From: Calditrichia bacterium
Lineage (GTDB): Bacteria > Calditrichota > Calditrichia > RBG-13-44-9 > J075
DNA: 46,093 nucleotides
Direction: 5' to 3'
NCBI GenBank assembly: GCA_050633245.1
Contig: JBOEGD010000014.1
Location: 189,860-235,952 of the forward strand
In this document: positions 7,783 to 18,075 of the stretch, piece by piece
Position numbering within the stretch: position 1 is the first letter of the stretch
How the letters are laid out: each line of letters opens with the position of its first letter
Notes under the pieces: generated by a model
Told to the model about the DNA's origin: nothing
The model's input: only the letters and a program-made list of their open reading frames with translations
Database searches by the model: none
Position numbers and translations under genes: made by a program

Positions 7783-9255
7783 ATGAAAAGTCTCACTCTC
7801 ACACTCCTCCTCGTTCTCATCTCAAGTCTGTCTTACGGGCAAGAAAATGAAAATCATTTAAACGAATTTGACCAGAAGATCGAATCCCTCATCAAAGCAT
7901 ATACTGCCGTTGGACTATCGGTTGCCGTGGTTCAAAACAATGAAGTAATTTATTCCAAAGGTTTTGGATACAGAGATATGGAGCGCAAGCTACCGGTAGA
8001 CGACAATACCGTCTTCCATATCGCGTCGATGAGCAAAGCTTTTACCGGTACACTATTGGGAATATTGGAATCCGACGGACAGCTTTCCCTGCAGGATAAA
8101 CCTGCGCTGCACGTTCCAAATTTTCAATTCTACAATGAGAAGATGGACAATCTGATAACCATTGGAGACTTGCTAAGCCATAGAAGCGGTATCGGCACTC
8201 ATGGGTCCTCAATCGTCATGTTTCCCGAAGAAAACAAATTAAAAACGGTTCAGCGGTTGAAGTATCTAAAGCCGCAAGGGGAAATTAAGAACAGCTTCCT
8301 TTACAGCAATCTGGGATACACGCTGGCAGGTACCATTGTTGAGCAAATAACGGATAAGAGCTGGGATCAAAACCTTACAGAAATGATCTTTACACCTTTG
8401 GAGATGAACGCTTCTTACACCACCGTTGAGGAAATGGAGGGGTCGAAAAACTTTGCCAAAGGTTATGCCATGTATAAAGGTGAGGTCGTAAACGTAGCAT
8501 ATGAAAATTACTATTCGTATACGCCGGCAGGAGCGATAAAGAGTTCGGTAAAAGATTTGTCCAACTGGATGCTCACCTGGCTTAACAAGGGAATGTTTAA
8601 CGGAAAGCAGGTTATTCCTGAAAAATATGTCAGAGATGCAACCACGCTTAAAAACATGAAGGATGATCTCTACGAGAAAGAGGCATTTTTATGGGGAGAA
8701 GGATACGGCTGGCGGTTACGTGCCTGGCACGGGCATTATCGAATCCGCCATGGCGGTAATACCACCGGCTTTACTTCTCTGATGGATATGTATCCCTTTG
8801 AAGGCATCGGCGTTGTAGTCTTAACAAATCAAAAAAGCTCTCTGCTACCGTATGCTGTTTCAGACTACATATCCAGAGAACTGATGGACCTGCCCGAGTT
8901 CGATTTTCCTGTTAAGGTCGGTGATATTTATAAATCCAAAACACAAAAGTTACCGCTGAATAAAAAGAAACTGCCCGTCAATCCGCTGGAAGAATTTACA
9001 GGAAAATATTACGCAAACGGCTTTGGAGAAATTAAAGTTATTATTGAGAAAAATAAGCTACTTGCCGTATTCCCAACGTACAAATTTCAATTAGCTCATC
9101 TGAATTATAACTCCTTTTATCTGAAAGGAACAGAGGACTTCACCGGGGATTTCAATCCCGAGTTCAGGGTCGAATTCACGAATGACAGTAAAGGAAATGT
9201 TGCGATGCTAAAGTTATATTCTCAAAAAGAGCCTGTTGAGTTTATTAAAGAATAA
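7783..9255 (+). CDS. Secreted serine hydrolase (beta-lactamase fold) with a DUF3471-like C-terminus
   Basis: Signal peptide. IASMSK, LLSHRSG, YSN and HGG motifs. C-terminal FTGKYYANGFGEI. Confidence 0.9.
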   Translation: MKSLTLTLLLVLISSLSYGQENENHLNEFDQKIESLIKAYTAVGLSVAVVQNNEVIYSKGFGYRDMERKLPVDDNTVFHIASMSKAFTGTLLGILESDGQLSLQDKPALHVPNFQFYNEKMDNLITIGDLLSHRSGIGTHGSSIVMFPEENKLKTVQRLKYLKPQGEIKNSFLYSNLGYTLAGTIVEQITDKSWDQNLTEMIFTPLEMNASYTTVEEMEGSKNFAKGYAMYKGEVVNVAYENYYSYTPAGAIKSSVKDLSNWMLTWLNKGMFNGKQVIPEKYVRDATTLKNMKDDLYEKEAFLWGEGYGWRLRAWHGHYRIRHGGNTTGFTSLMDMYPFEGIGVVVLTNQKSSLLPYAVSDYISRELMDLPEFDFPVKVGDIYKSKTQKLPLNKKKLPVNPLEEFTGKYYANGFGEIKVIIEKNKLLAVFPTYKFQLAHLNYNSFYLKGTEDFTGDFNPEFRVEFTNDSKGNVAMLKLYSQKEPVEFIKE

Positions 9256-9305
9256 AACGACTGCTCTTGCACTAAACTGTTAACTTCTATTAAAAAGACA
9301 ACCTA

Positions 9306-9872
9306 ATGAAAATTGTCGATTCAAATAGCATGTTTACGCTGATTTCTGTTGATGGAGAATCGACAAAAGATGGTGTAAAATTAAAATTGGAAGGAAACCC
9401 TCAAAAACAGTTTAAATACCAATTGCTAATTTATGGTTTAAAAAAGAAAAGCGAATTCGTCAAAGAGATAAGCGAATTCGTTGGCGCTTTCATTGATGTT
9501 GACGAACTGAAAGATAGCAAACTGGATTTTTGGAGTGACGCCTACCAGATTGGCGAATTTGAATTCGAAAGATATGAAGAGATTGTAAAGCCTTTTGAAA
9601 TGGAAGATTGGATTTCAAAATACAATTCTCTGAGTAAACACTATGCTAAATGTTCGGAGAATTATTCCACAAGGAATCTTCGGTGGAGAAAGTTTATTGA
9701 CAACCTTGAATTTTTCCTAAAAAAAGAGATTGGTAATTACGAAGCCAAAATTGAATTCTTAGCAGAAGATCAAAAGGCGACCAATTCCGCTGTAAAAGCG
9801 TTCGAATTAGCCAGGGGGATTCAGAATTTACTTGAGCAATATCGAATAGAAGAACAAAAAGACGGATTCTAG
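9306..9872 (+). CDS. Hypothetical protein
   Basis: 188-aa AT-rich ORF in the array orientation with a helical C-terminus. No motif recognised. Confidence 0.7.
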   Translation: MKIVDSNSMFTLISVDGESTKDGVKLKLEGNPQKQFKYQLLIYGLKKKSEFVKEISEFVGAFIDVDELKDSKLDFWSDAYQIGEFEFERYEEIVKPFEMEDWISKYNSLSKHYAKCSENYSTRNLRWRKFIDNLEFFLKKEIGNYEAKIEFLAEDQKATNSAVKAFELARGIQNLLEQYRIEEQKDGF

Positions 9873-10004
9873 TTAAGGCAAAACTTTAGTCTCCTCTAAG
9901 TGCCAGAACGTCGCACAGCCAGACTGTTATGCCCAGAAATGTGAGTCATATGGTAATCCCCCCGCTCACCCGCTCACCATTTCTCCCGTTCCTCATTAAA
10001 TTTA

Positions 10005-10033
10005 TTGCGTACGCTGAACTTACGTTCCATATT
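10005..10033 (+). promoter_or_regulatory. Sigma70-type promoter of the SDR gene
   Basis: TTGCGT, 17 nt, CATATT, upstream of the AGGA RBS and ATG 10128. Confidence 0.45.
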
Positions 10034-10127
10034 AAAGTGTCTCCGGCAGCATAGAAGACGTTCATTTCCTGACAATCCAATTATTATCGCAATAGTTTCT
10101 TCACGTAAACCTATAGGATGTGCAACT

Positions 10128-11105
10128 ATGCCAACTCAAGTCCCAACCCTGCATCTCGCAACAGTACTGAAAGATCACTCACAAGATATGACCGGTAAAG
10201 TCGTTGCCATTACCGGCACCACCAGCGGCACCGGTTTTGTTTGTGCCCGAGAGGTCGCCAAAAAAGGTGCGACGGTTATTTTGCTGAACCGCAGTAGCGA
10301 GCGAGCTGAAAAATCGCTTGAACAGCTAAAAAAAGACGTGCCAAATGCCATGTTCGATGCAGTCGCCTGCGACCTGCAGGATTTCAACAGCGTCCGGAGT
10401 GCCATGCAAAACATCCAAACACGCTACCATAACATCGATGTGCTGGTGAATAATGCCGGTGTTATGGCGCTACAGGATCAGGCCACCAAAGACGGTTACG
10501 ATGTGCAAATGCAAACCAACGTGATCTCACATTTTCTGATAACCAAAGAACTGTTTCCGCTGCTGCTGAAAAGCCAGGGGGCACGGATTGTTAACCACAG
10601 TTCGATGGCTCGGCTTGGTCCACCGCTGGAGATGAAATATTTTGAAGCCAATGGCGGCAATCTCGGTGGCGACGGAACGGAAGAAGAGAACATGAGCTTT
10701 AAAGGTCCTCGCTGGATGCGCTATCACCAAACCAAGCTGGCCAATGCAGCCTTTACCTACGGCCTGAAGCAGAAGCTGGAAGCTGAAGACATTCCTCACG
10801 TGCTCTCGCTGCTGGCACACCCTGGACTGGCGCTCACCAATCTGCAGGTCACCACAGCTGCCGAAGGCGGCATGGACGGCGAAAGTGAATTTATGAACCA
10901 GGCGCAGTCCCAGGAAGACGGCGCAACCGGTATCATTCGGGCTGCGATGGACCCAGAAGCTAAGTCCGGTAATTTCTATGGCCCCACCGCCGGCTGGAAA
11001 GGCTTTCCCGACTTGCTAACACCGGAAGAATCGCTTTATGATGATGAAAATATGCGCATCAACTGGGAAGGCTGCGAAAAAGCCGTTGGAGAGTTTAAGA
11101 TCTAA
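10128..11105 (+). CDS. SDR family oxidoreductase (retinol dehydrogenase/WWOX-like)
   Basis: ITGTTSGTG, VNNAGVM, NHSS, YHQTK (YxxxK) and AHPG motifs. ATG 10128 has an AGGA RBS. Confidence 0.9.
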   Translation: MPTQVPTLHLATVLKDHSQDMTGKVVAITGTTSGTGFVCAREVAKKGATVILLNRSSERAEKSLEQLKKDVPNAMFDAVACDLQDFNSVRSAMQNIQTRYHNIDVLVNNAGVMALQDQATKDGYDVQMQTNVISHFLITKELFPLLLKSQGARIVNHSSMARLGPPLEMKYFEANGGNLGGDGTEEENMSFKGPRWMRYHQTKLANAAFTYGLKQKLEAEDIPHVLSLLAHPGLALTNLQVTTAAEGGMDGESEFMNQAQSQEDGATGIIRAAMDPEAKSGNFYGPTAGWKGFPDLLTPEESLYDDENMRINWEGCEKAVGEFKI

Positions 11106-11179
11106 GAAAGCTCTGCTCTAAAACTGCATAAATTAATGTGACAAACTCGAGGTTAATCAATAATCATCAAGGTTAAGCG

Positions 11180-12184
11180 ATGAAATCCACCATACGATCG
11201 ATTGTTGCAATCCTGATTCTTTTCAACATATTATTCTCGGCATATCCTCAGGAAATGCCGAGAATACGACACGCGGACAAGGTAAGGATTCAGGAGGCAA
11301 TACAGATTGCAGAAATCTATGCAGATTCCGTCTGGCAGGGGTTTAGCGAAACACCATTTACGATTATCCTAATCACCGACAACCATGAGTTTTTGATAAA
11401 TCACCCCTTCCCGTCAGATGATTTCAAATCTCTGGGTCAGGATGATGTATTGAACACCGAAGTCCACGTCAGACCGCAACAGTTCAACAAGCGCTTTCTC
11501 GCCACCTTCCCGGCTGTTAACGGAGTAAATTGTGTGGTTATTGGAACGCCGGAGAACACCGGACTTCATTCAACTCAATGGATTATTACACTTCTGCACG
11601 AACATTTTCATCAGTATCAGTACAACTCTCCAAATTATCATCAGGATGCCTTAAGTCTTGAGCTATCCGGTGGTGATGAGACCGGAATGTGGCAACTGAA
11701 CTATCCCTTCCCCTATGCGGATACAGCCGTAACATCTGCTTATGAAAGTTACACCCAACAACTAAAATTAACAGTTGAGAACTTAAGCGACGCGAACTGG
11801 GACAAGCTGTACCAAACATTGCAAGAGCGTCGAAATAAATTTAAAGCAACTCTCTCGGAAAAAGACTATAAATACATCGCGTTTCAGTGGTATCAGGAAG
11901 GTATTGCGCGTTACACAGAGTACGCCTTTTTGGAATTATTACAGAATTATCAATCCAGCGAAGAGGTTATCGCCCTCGCTGATTTCATTTCATATCGGGA
12001 CTATCTGAAAGACTTCTATACAAAGCATCTGTCAAACGTGATTAATATGTCCCTGAGTGAGATGAAGCGCTTCACGGTATACGATGTCGGTTTTGCTGAA
12101 GCATTGATCATCCGTAAAAAGAACCCCCATTGGCATAGAAGGTATCTAACCGATAAATTTGACCTGGAAATGCTGCACAAATAA
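11180..12184 (+). CDS. Secreted protein, putative zincin/gluzincin metallopeptidase
   Basis: Signal peptide, LLHEHFHQYQ (HExxH) and a downstream EGIARY. Confidence 0.6.
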   Translation: MKSTIRSIVAILILFNILFSAYPQEMPRIRHADKVRIQEAIQIAEIYADSVWQGFSETPFTIILITDNHEFLINHPFPSDDFKSLGQDDVLNTEVHVRPQQFNKRFLATFPAVNGVNCVVIGTPENTGLHSTQWIITLLHEHFHQYQYNSPNYHQDALSLELSGGDETGMWQLNYPFPYADTAVTSAYESYTQQLKLTVENLSDANWDKLYQTLQERRNKFKATLSEKDYKYIAFQWYQEGIARYTEYAFLELLQNYQSSEEVIALADFISYRDYLKDFYTKHLSNVINMSLSEMKRFTVYDVGFAEALIIRKKNPHWHRRYLTDKFDLEMLHK

Positions 12185-12253
12185 TAACGAGAAGTCAATG
12201 TTCTAAATCCGCAGATGACAAAAGAATTTTGCTTCAGAAGAGAGTGATTTAAT

Positions 12254-12778
12254 ATGCCCTTCAAACTACAAGACTCCATCAACATCATCAGTAGAACCCC
12301 AGCCGTTTTAGAAGCGCTGCTCAGTGATCTACCGGAAGCCTGGCTAAGAAGTAATGAAGGCAAAGACACCTGGAGTCCATACGATATCGTTGGACACTTA
12401 ATTCATGGTGAAAAAACAGACTGGGTGGTGAGGACTAAAATTATTCTTGCAAATTCCGGAAATAAACAGTTTGAGTCGTTCGATAGATTCGCACAAGAGA
12501 AAGAGGATAACTCAAGAAGCATTGAAATACTCTTGGCAGAATTCCGTGAGTTACGTGCGCAAAACATCCAAGAGTTTAAATCTTTGCAAATTTCTGAAAT
12601 TGATTTACGGAAAAAAGGAATTCATCCCGAATTAGGCGAGGTCAGCTTGCAACAACTTCTGGCAACCTGGGTTGTACATGACCTGGGACATATTGCACAA
12701 ATTTCCAGGGTTATGGCGAAACAATATGGTTCTGAGGTCGGACCGTGGATGGAGTATATTGGGGTATTAAAACGATAA
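12254..12778 (+). CDS. DinB/YfiT family protein
   Basis: TWSPYDIVGHLIHGE, HPELG and WVVHDLGHIAQI motifs. Confidence 0.9.
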   Translation: MPFKLQDSINIISRTPAVLEALLSDLPEAWLRSNEGKDTWSPYDIVGHLIHGEKTDWVVRTKIILANSGNKQFESFDRFAQEKEDNSRSIEILLAEFRELRAQNIQEFKSLQISEIDLRKKGIHPELGEVSLQQLLATWVVHDLGHIAQISRVMAKQYGSEVGPWMEYIGVLKR

Positions 12779-12858
12779 ATGTTGATTATTAGCTGGCAAC
12801 GGCTGAAATATAAAAACTCATCCTTTAATGCAATAAGCAAAGAAAGACAAAAGCGCGT

Positions 12859-13491
12859 ATGGAAAAGCACGAGTGGAGAAAAAAGGAAAAGGGATATTAC
12901 TTACCAAAGAATAAACCCACGGTTATTGATATCCCTGAATTTAAATTCGTGGCGATAAAGGGAGAAGGGAATCCGAATAGCCCATTCTTTTCAGAATATA
13001 TTGGCGTTTTGTATTCCATATCGTATGCGATAAAAATGATCCCTAAAAAAATGGACGTCAAACCAAATGGCTATTACGACTATACTGTCTATCCACTGGA
13101 AGGCGTTTGGGACATTAATGACGAAGCCAAGAAGCACTATAACGGGACGCTAAACAAAGACGATTTGGTATTCAACCTGATGATTCGCCAACCGGATTTT
13201 GTTGATGAAGCATTCTTTACTGAGATGCTTGAACGAACCAAAAAGAAAAAGCCTCATACATTATTAGATGAAGTAAAATTCGAACGAATTGCGGATGGAA
13301 GATGCATACAGATGTTGCACATAGGAAGTTATGACGATGAACCTGCAAGCTTTCAGCAAATGGAGCAATTTGCTGAAAGTGAGAGTCTTGCAAGATTATC
13401 AAAGAAACATCGGGAAATTTACCTCTCTGATTTCAGGAAAGTTGCAGCTGAAAAGTTAAAGACGGTACTAAGATTCAAAGTGGAAGAGTAA
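12859..13491 (+). CDS. GyrI-like small-molecule binding domain protein
   Basis: IKGEGNPN, VYPLEGVW, MIRQP, QMLHIGSYDDE, HREIYLSD and LKTVLR motifs. Confidence 0.88.
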   Translation: MEKHEWRKKEKGYYLPKNKPTVIDIPEFKFVAIKGEGNPNSPFFSEYIGVLYSISYAIKMIPKKMDVKPNGYYDYTVYPLEGVWDINDEAKKHYNGTLNKDDLVFNLMIRQPDFVDEAFFTEMLERTKKKKPHTLLDEVKFERIADGRCIQMLHIGSYDDEPASFQQMEQFAESESLARLSKKHREIYLSDFRKVAAEKLKTVLRFKVEE

Positions 13492-13528
13492 AGCCAGTCC
13501 GATAAACCAAAGCATAAAATGTCAAAAA

Positions 13529-14080
13529 ATGAAGTCAACAGGTTCAATGAGACTATTTAGAAATAGTGAAGACTTAAACGAGTTTCCTCAAATCCCTAAA
13601 GGCATTAAGGAATTTTCTGTCTTTAATAATAACATAGAACAAGTTCCAGATGAATTATGGAATGAAAAAGAGCTTGAAACACTGAATATATCAATGAATA
13701 GAATTAAGGTGTTATCCAGTCGAATTGGAGACCTGGTTAATTTGGTTAACCTGATGGTAACTTCCGCTGAAAATGAAATTTGCCGAGAGAATGCCCATCA
13801 AAAACACAAGAAGATCTCGGACTTATTGATGGACGTTAAACTTGACTGTATTGTGAAGAAGTTAGCGGAAACAGAAAAGGGATTTAATACAGAAGACAGT
13901 TTGATAATTATGACTAAATGGGTTACTAAAGTTTTTAGACAACCGGAGTATTTGATCTACGACTTTTCTAAGTCAGGTAGAATATTAGAGGACATTGACC
14001 AACCAAATGCTGCTTTTTACAAAAAAGGGTTAAAGGCAAATGGTATGCTGCTGAACAAGGGTTCGATTGAAGGAACTTGA
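13529..14080 (+). pseudogene. Chimeric remnant: truncated LRR N-terminus fused to an unrelated C-terminal fragment
   Basis: Only 2-3 LRR units (FSVFNNNIEQVP; LETLNISMNRIKVLSSRIGDLVNL), then an abrupt switch to non-LRR sequence. Confidence 0.5.
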
Positions 14081-14170
14081 ACGTAGATACATCGGAAAGC
14101 CCAGGATGGCAATTCCTGCGAGTGCTACAAAAGACAGCAGCTCGAACCCATTTTATACAGAAGGCAAGAA

Positions 14171-14632
14171 ATGATTAAAGGCTTATACGAAACGCATTTA
14201 TTTGTGGAAGACATAGACCGTTCAATCGACTTCTATGGCAAAACACTTGAGCTAAAGCAATGCCATTTCGAAGAAGAGCGCAGAGCAGCGTTCTTTTGGA
14301 TAGGCAAAGACAAGCAGGCCATGCTCGGCTTATGGGAAAAGCCAAAAAACGAAATCGACATCCGGCACTTTGCTTTCAAATGTGAGCCGGAGTGGATAAT
14401 AAACGAGTCGGTTGCCTATTTGAAAGACCGCAACCTCTCTTGCTATAATTTTTTTAACGACGGCAGCGAACGTCCGATGGTCTTTGCCTGGGTGCCGGCC
14501 ATAGCTATTTACTTCGACGACCCGGATGGGCACGTGCTCGAGTTTATCGGGATTTTGGACGGTAAGTCCAAACCTGAGAACGGTATCATCTCCTATGAGA
14601 GATGGCAAGAGCTTGAAACAATTGAACAATAA
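14171..14632 (+). CDS. VOC/glyoxalase family protein
   Basis: GLYETHLFV..RSIDFY, HFAF and IYFDDPDGHVLEFI motifs. Confidence 0.9.
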   Translation: MIKGLYETHLFVEDIDRSIDFYGKTLELKQCHFEEERRAAFFWIGKDKQAMLGLWEKPKNEIDIRHFAFKCEPEWIINESVAYLKDRNLSCYNFFNDGSERPMVFAWVPAIAIYFDDPDGHVLEFIGILDGKSKPENGIISYERWQELETIEQ

Positions 14633-14700
14633 TGCCATACAACAATTTGTAAAAGTAGTATCAAGTTTTATTCCCCTAACAAACGGCGGCTCACCTTTTT

Positions 14701-15795
14701 ATGAAAATCACGTTTACCTCGGTCATTTGGCTCCTGGCGATTGTTTCACTCTGTTTCGGGCAAACCTCCTACAAGTATTCCCAACCACAATCTCTGTCGG
14801 ATGGCTGGAAAACCAACAGCCTGCATTCTCTTGAGGTAGATACAGCAAGAGTGCATAAACTATTTAGCCAGTTAAAAAATGGCAAACATAAACTCCATAG
14901 CACGCTACTAGTAAGAAACAACAGTCTAATTATTGAGGAATACTTCGATAACAATTCGATAAACACACAGCACGATTTGCGATCCGCAACCAAAAGTATT
15001 ACGTCCCTTCTAATTGGCATTGCCATCGACAAAAAACTCATCACCAGTGTGGATGACCCAATCTCAAAATATCTGAACAATCTAAAGCCGGAAAAGAATG
15101 CTGATGCGTGGAAAGAAGACATTACCATCAGGCATCTATTAACAATGTCCAGCGGACTGGATTGCAATGACTGGGATAAGAAATCTAAAGGGCAGGAAGA
15201 TCGGGTCTATAAAAAGAAGAATTGGTTACAATATTTTCTGGATTTACCCATGAACAATGCCCCGGGAACAGTTTCTAACTATTGCACAATGGGGCAAATT
15301 TTAGCGACAGAGATTGTCAGCCGGGCATCGGGTATGCCGATCGACAAGTTTGCTGAAAAATATTTATTCCATCCGCTCGGAATTACCAATCTATCCTGGG
15401 GGCATACCTCCAAAAAAGAAGTAATTGCCTCCGGGAAAAGACTGTACATGACGCCGCGCGATATGGCGAAAGTCGGACAGCTAATATTGAATAAAGGCCT
15501 GTGGGACAACAAACAGGTCGTTTCTAAGAAATGGATAGATGAATCGACCTCCGGACAAACAAAGCTGGCCGGGCTCGACTATGGTTTTCTATGGTGGAAC
15601 ATACCGCTCAAAACCAAAGAGATCGAAACCTTATCAATCACGGCTACAGGCAATGGTGGGCAATATATCATGCTTATTCCGGAGCTGGATATGGTTGCAG
15701 TATTTACCGGTGGTGCCTATAATTCACAGGAAGGCAAGCTGCCGTTTGCAATTATGACGGATATCTTTTTGCCAACATTTACAATAGAACGATAA
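14701..15795 (+). CDS. Secreted serine hydrolase (beta-lactamase fold, NylB/6-aminohexanoate-dimer hydrolase-like)
   Basis: RSATKS, HLLTMSSG, YCT, YGFLWW and ATGNGGQ motifs. Signal peptide. Confidence 0.9.
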   Translation: MKITFTSVIWLLAIVSLCFGQTSYKYSQPQSLSDGWKTNSLHSLEVDTARVHKLFSQLKNGKHKLHSTLLVRNNSLIIEEYFDNNSINTQHDLRSATKSITSLLIGIAIDKKLITSVDDPISKYLNNLKPEKNADAWKEDITIRHLLTMSSGLDCNDWDKKSKGQEDRVYKKKNWLQYFLDLPMNNAPGTVSNYCTMGQILATEIVSRASGMPIDKFAEKYLFHPLGITNLSWGHTSKKEVIASGKRLYMTPRDMAKVGQLILNKGLWDNKQVVSKKWIDESTSGQTKLAGLDYGFLWWNIPLKTKEIETLSITATGNGGQYIMLIPELDMVAVFTGGAYNSQEGKLPFAIMTDIFLPTFTIER

Positions 15796-15960
15796 TCGAG
15801 TGTGGATAAAATTCAACGCACATGACTAGTACCTATCTCACTTAAGTTGCCTCTTCAACTGATTACCAGTATACTCCTTCACAATAATCCAATTCGCATT
15901 GAAGTGTAAACAGTGCAAATCTGATAGTTGTAGATGACATATGAAGGATCTGAATATAAC

Positions 15961-16431
15961 ATGATCACAACACATCCCACAAGGCTTAGCCAACAATCTC
16001 TCTTTCGTTTGCACATTGCTAATTATATAAAAAGAAGAAAGTGGTATTGGGTTGCACTCTTCGCACTTGCCGCATTCCATGCAACTTCTGATTCCTATGG
16101 CCCTCTGGAAATATTCTTTATCGGCTTCCCATTCATCTACTTTTTGTTACTAATCTGGGCATTCTGGAGACATGCTTATTCCGATGAAAATAAAGCTATG
16201 CTGTTGGAGCGTTATTATGAAATCTCTACGGATAAAATCAATTACATTATTGACCAGGAGACACAATCGACGATAAAGCTTGAACACTTCGTCAAAGTGC
16301 AATTCACTCAGGATATCTATCAACTCTACCTTACCAAACATCAATTTCTATATATCCCGACAGATTTATTCAAAAGTGCATCTGACCGGCAATGGTTTGA
16401 GAAGGAGATTGTAAGCAGGGTTTCAGCCTAG
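15961..16431 (+). CDS. YcxB-like membrane protein
   Basis: Two TM helices and a C-terminal beta domain (YQLYLTKHQFLYIPTDLFKS). Confidence 0.7.
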   Translation: MITTHPTRLSQQSLFRLHIANYIKRRKWYWVALFALAAFHATSDSYGPLEIFFIGFPFIYFLLLIWAFWRHAYSDENKAMLLERYYEISTDKINYIIDQETQSTIKLEHFVKVQFTQDIYQLYLTKHQFLYIPTDLFKSASDRQWFEKEIVSRVSA

Positions 16432-16567
16432 CTACAGTATGCCCCTAACATGTTGCTCCGTGCATTAGACTCTCCTCGAATTTGTCTCTTCAATAGATAA
16501 CCTGTATACTTCTGCACAACAATCCGACACGCATTGCAGCTTTACCAATGCAAATCTTCTTATCAAC

Positions 16568-18064
16568 ATGAAGGACGAGAAGCGAGCTATGACAGATCAC
16601 GATGTGAACCCACAAGACGAAGAGATTAATGAAAATCCCGAGCTAAGTCTTTTTGAGGCGTTAATTCCGGTTATCGCGCTAATACTCATGCTTTTTTACA
16701 ATGTGTTCTACGCCTTTGGCGATGATGCACTTAGTGGATCAAATCAGTTTATCCTGTTATGCGGTGCAGCAGTGGCCATAGCCGTGGGTTTTTATAACAA
16801 GGTCTCCTACCGAAAAATGATTGCTGAAGTCGGTGAGAATATTAAGCAAACCACCGGCGCGCTGTTGATCTTGTTAATGGTTGGCTCGCTGGCAGGTACC
16901 TGGCTGATCAGTGGCATTATTCCCACTATGATTTACTATGGCCTGATGATTTTAAATCCAACTATCTTTCTGGCAGCCAGCGTTATTATCTGCTCTATCG
17001 TTTCCACCGCAACCGGCAGTTCCTGGACAACCGCTGCAACAGTAGGCATTGCGCTTATCGGCATCGGAGAAACGCTGGGCATTTCACTGGGCATGACGGC
17101 TGGCGCCGTACTTTCCGGTGCCTACTTCGGCGATAAAATGTCACCACTCTCAGACACCACCAATCTGGCTCCGGCAATGGCGGGCTCAGATCTTTTCACA
17201 CACATAAAGTACATGGCGTTCACAACCGTGCCGACCATAACCATTACCTTCATCATTTTTAGCATCATCGGCTTAACCCTCGATACTTCCGGAACACCAG
17301 ATATTTCCAGCAAGCTGGCCGCAATGGACGCCGCAGTGAATATTTCGCCATGGCTGTTTGTGGTTCCGCTTCTGGTAATCGCGATGATCGTAAAAAAGAC
17401 GCCGCCGCTGATTGCTCTTTTTGCCGGAGCGATGCTCGGTGGCATTACTGCCGTTTTAGCACAACCGGAGATTGTTGCCGCCGTCGGTGGTGCAGAAAGT
17501 CTGACCTTCCAATCCGCCTATAAAGGCATAATGAACGCACTTACCGTTGAGACCAAAATTCCGGTAGCAGACGAAGATCTTGCCGGGCTTTTTAAGGGTA
17601 AGGGAATGGCCGGCATGCTCGGCACAATCTGGTTAATTATCTGCGCAATGGTCTTTGGCGGAGTGATGGATGCCATTGGCGCTCTGGCAAGAATCTCCGC
17701 AGCATTAATGAGCATGGCGAAGTCTGTTTTCGGGCTGTTCGCGAGCACGGTGGCAAGCTGTTTAGCACTGAACGTTACCGCCTCCGATCAATATTTGGCC
17801 ATCGTTATACCGGGAAAGATGTTCAAACAAGCCTATGAAGACAAAGGGTTGGCACCTGAAAATCTCTCCAGAACACTGGAAGACTCCGGCACGGTAACCT
17901 CGGTTTTAGTCCCGTGGAATACCTGCGGCGCCTACCATAGCGGCGTACTGGGTGTATCGGTTGCCGAGTATTTTGTTTACGCGATCTTTAACTGGCTGAG
18001 CCCAATCATGACATTGACATTTGCTGCGTTGGGTATCAAGATTAAGCAGCTTGCGAATCGCTAA
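16568..18064 (+). CDS. nhaC: NhaC family Na+/H+ antiporter
   Basis: ATGSSWTT, SGAYFGDKMSPLSDTTNLA, LSRTLEDSGT and VPWN motifs, about 12 TM helices. Confidence 0.92.
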   Translation: MKDEKRAMTDHDVNPQDEEINENPELSLFEALIPVIALILMLFYNVFYAFGDDALSGSNQFILLCGAAVAIAVGFYNKVSYRKMIAEVGENIKQTTGALLILLMVGSLAGTWLISGIIPTMIYYGLMILNPTIFLAASVIICSIVSTATGSSWTTAATVGIALIGIGETLGISLGMTAGAVLSGAYFGDKMSPLSDTTNLAPAMAGSDLFTHIKYMAFTTVPTITITFIIFSIIGLTLDTSGTPDISSKLAAMDAAVNISPWLFVVPLLVIAMIVKKTPPLIALFAGAMLGGITAVLAQPEIVAAVGGAESLTFQSAYKGIMNALTVETKIPVADEDLAGLFKGKGMAGMLGTIWLIICAMVFGGVMDAIGALARISAALMSMAKSVFGLFASTVASCLALNVTASDQYLAIVIPGKMFKQAYEDKGLAPENLSRTLEDSGTVTSVLVPWNTCGAYHSGVLGVSVAEYFVYAIFNWLSPIMTLTFAALGIKIKQLANR

Positions 18065-18075
18065 GATTAGTTTTC

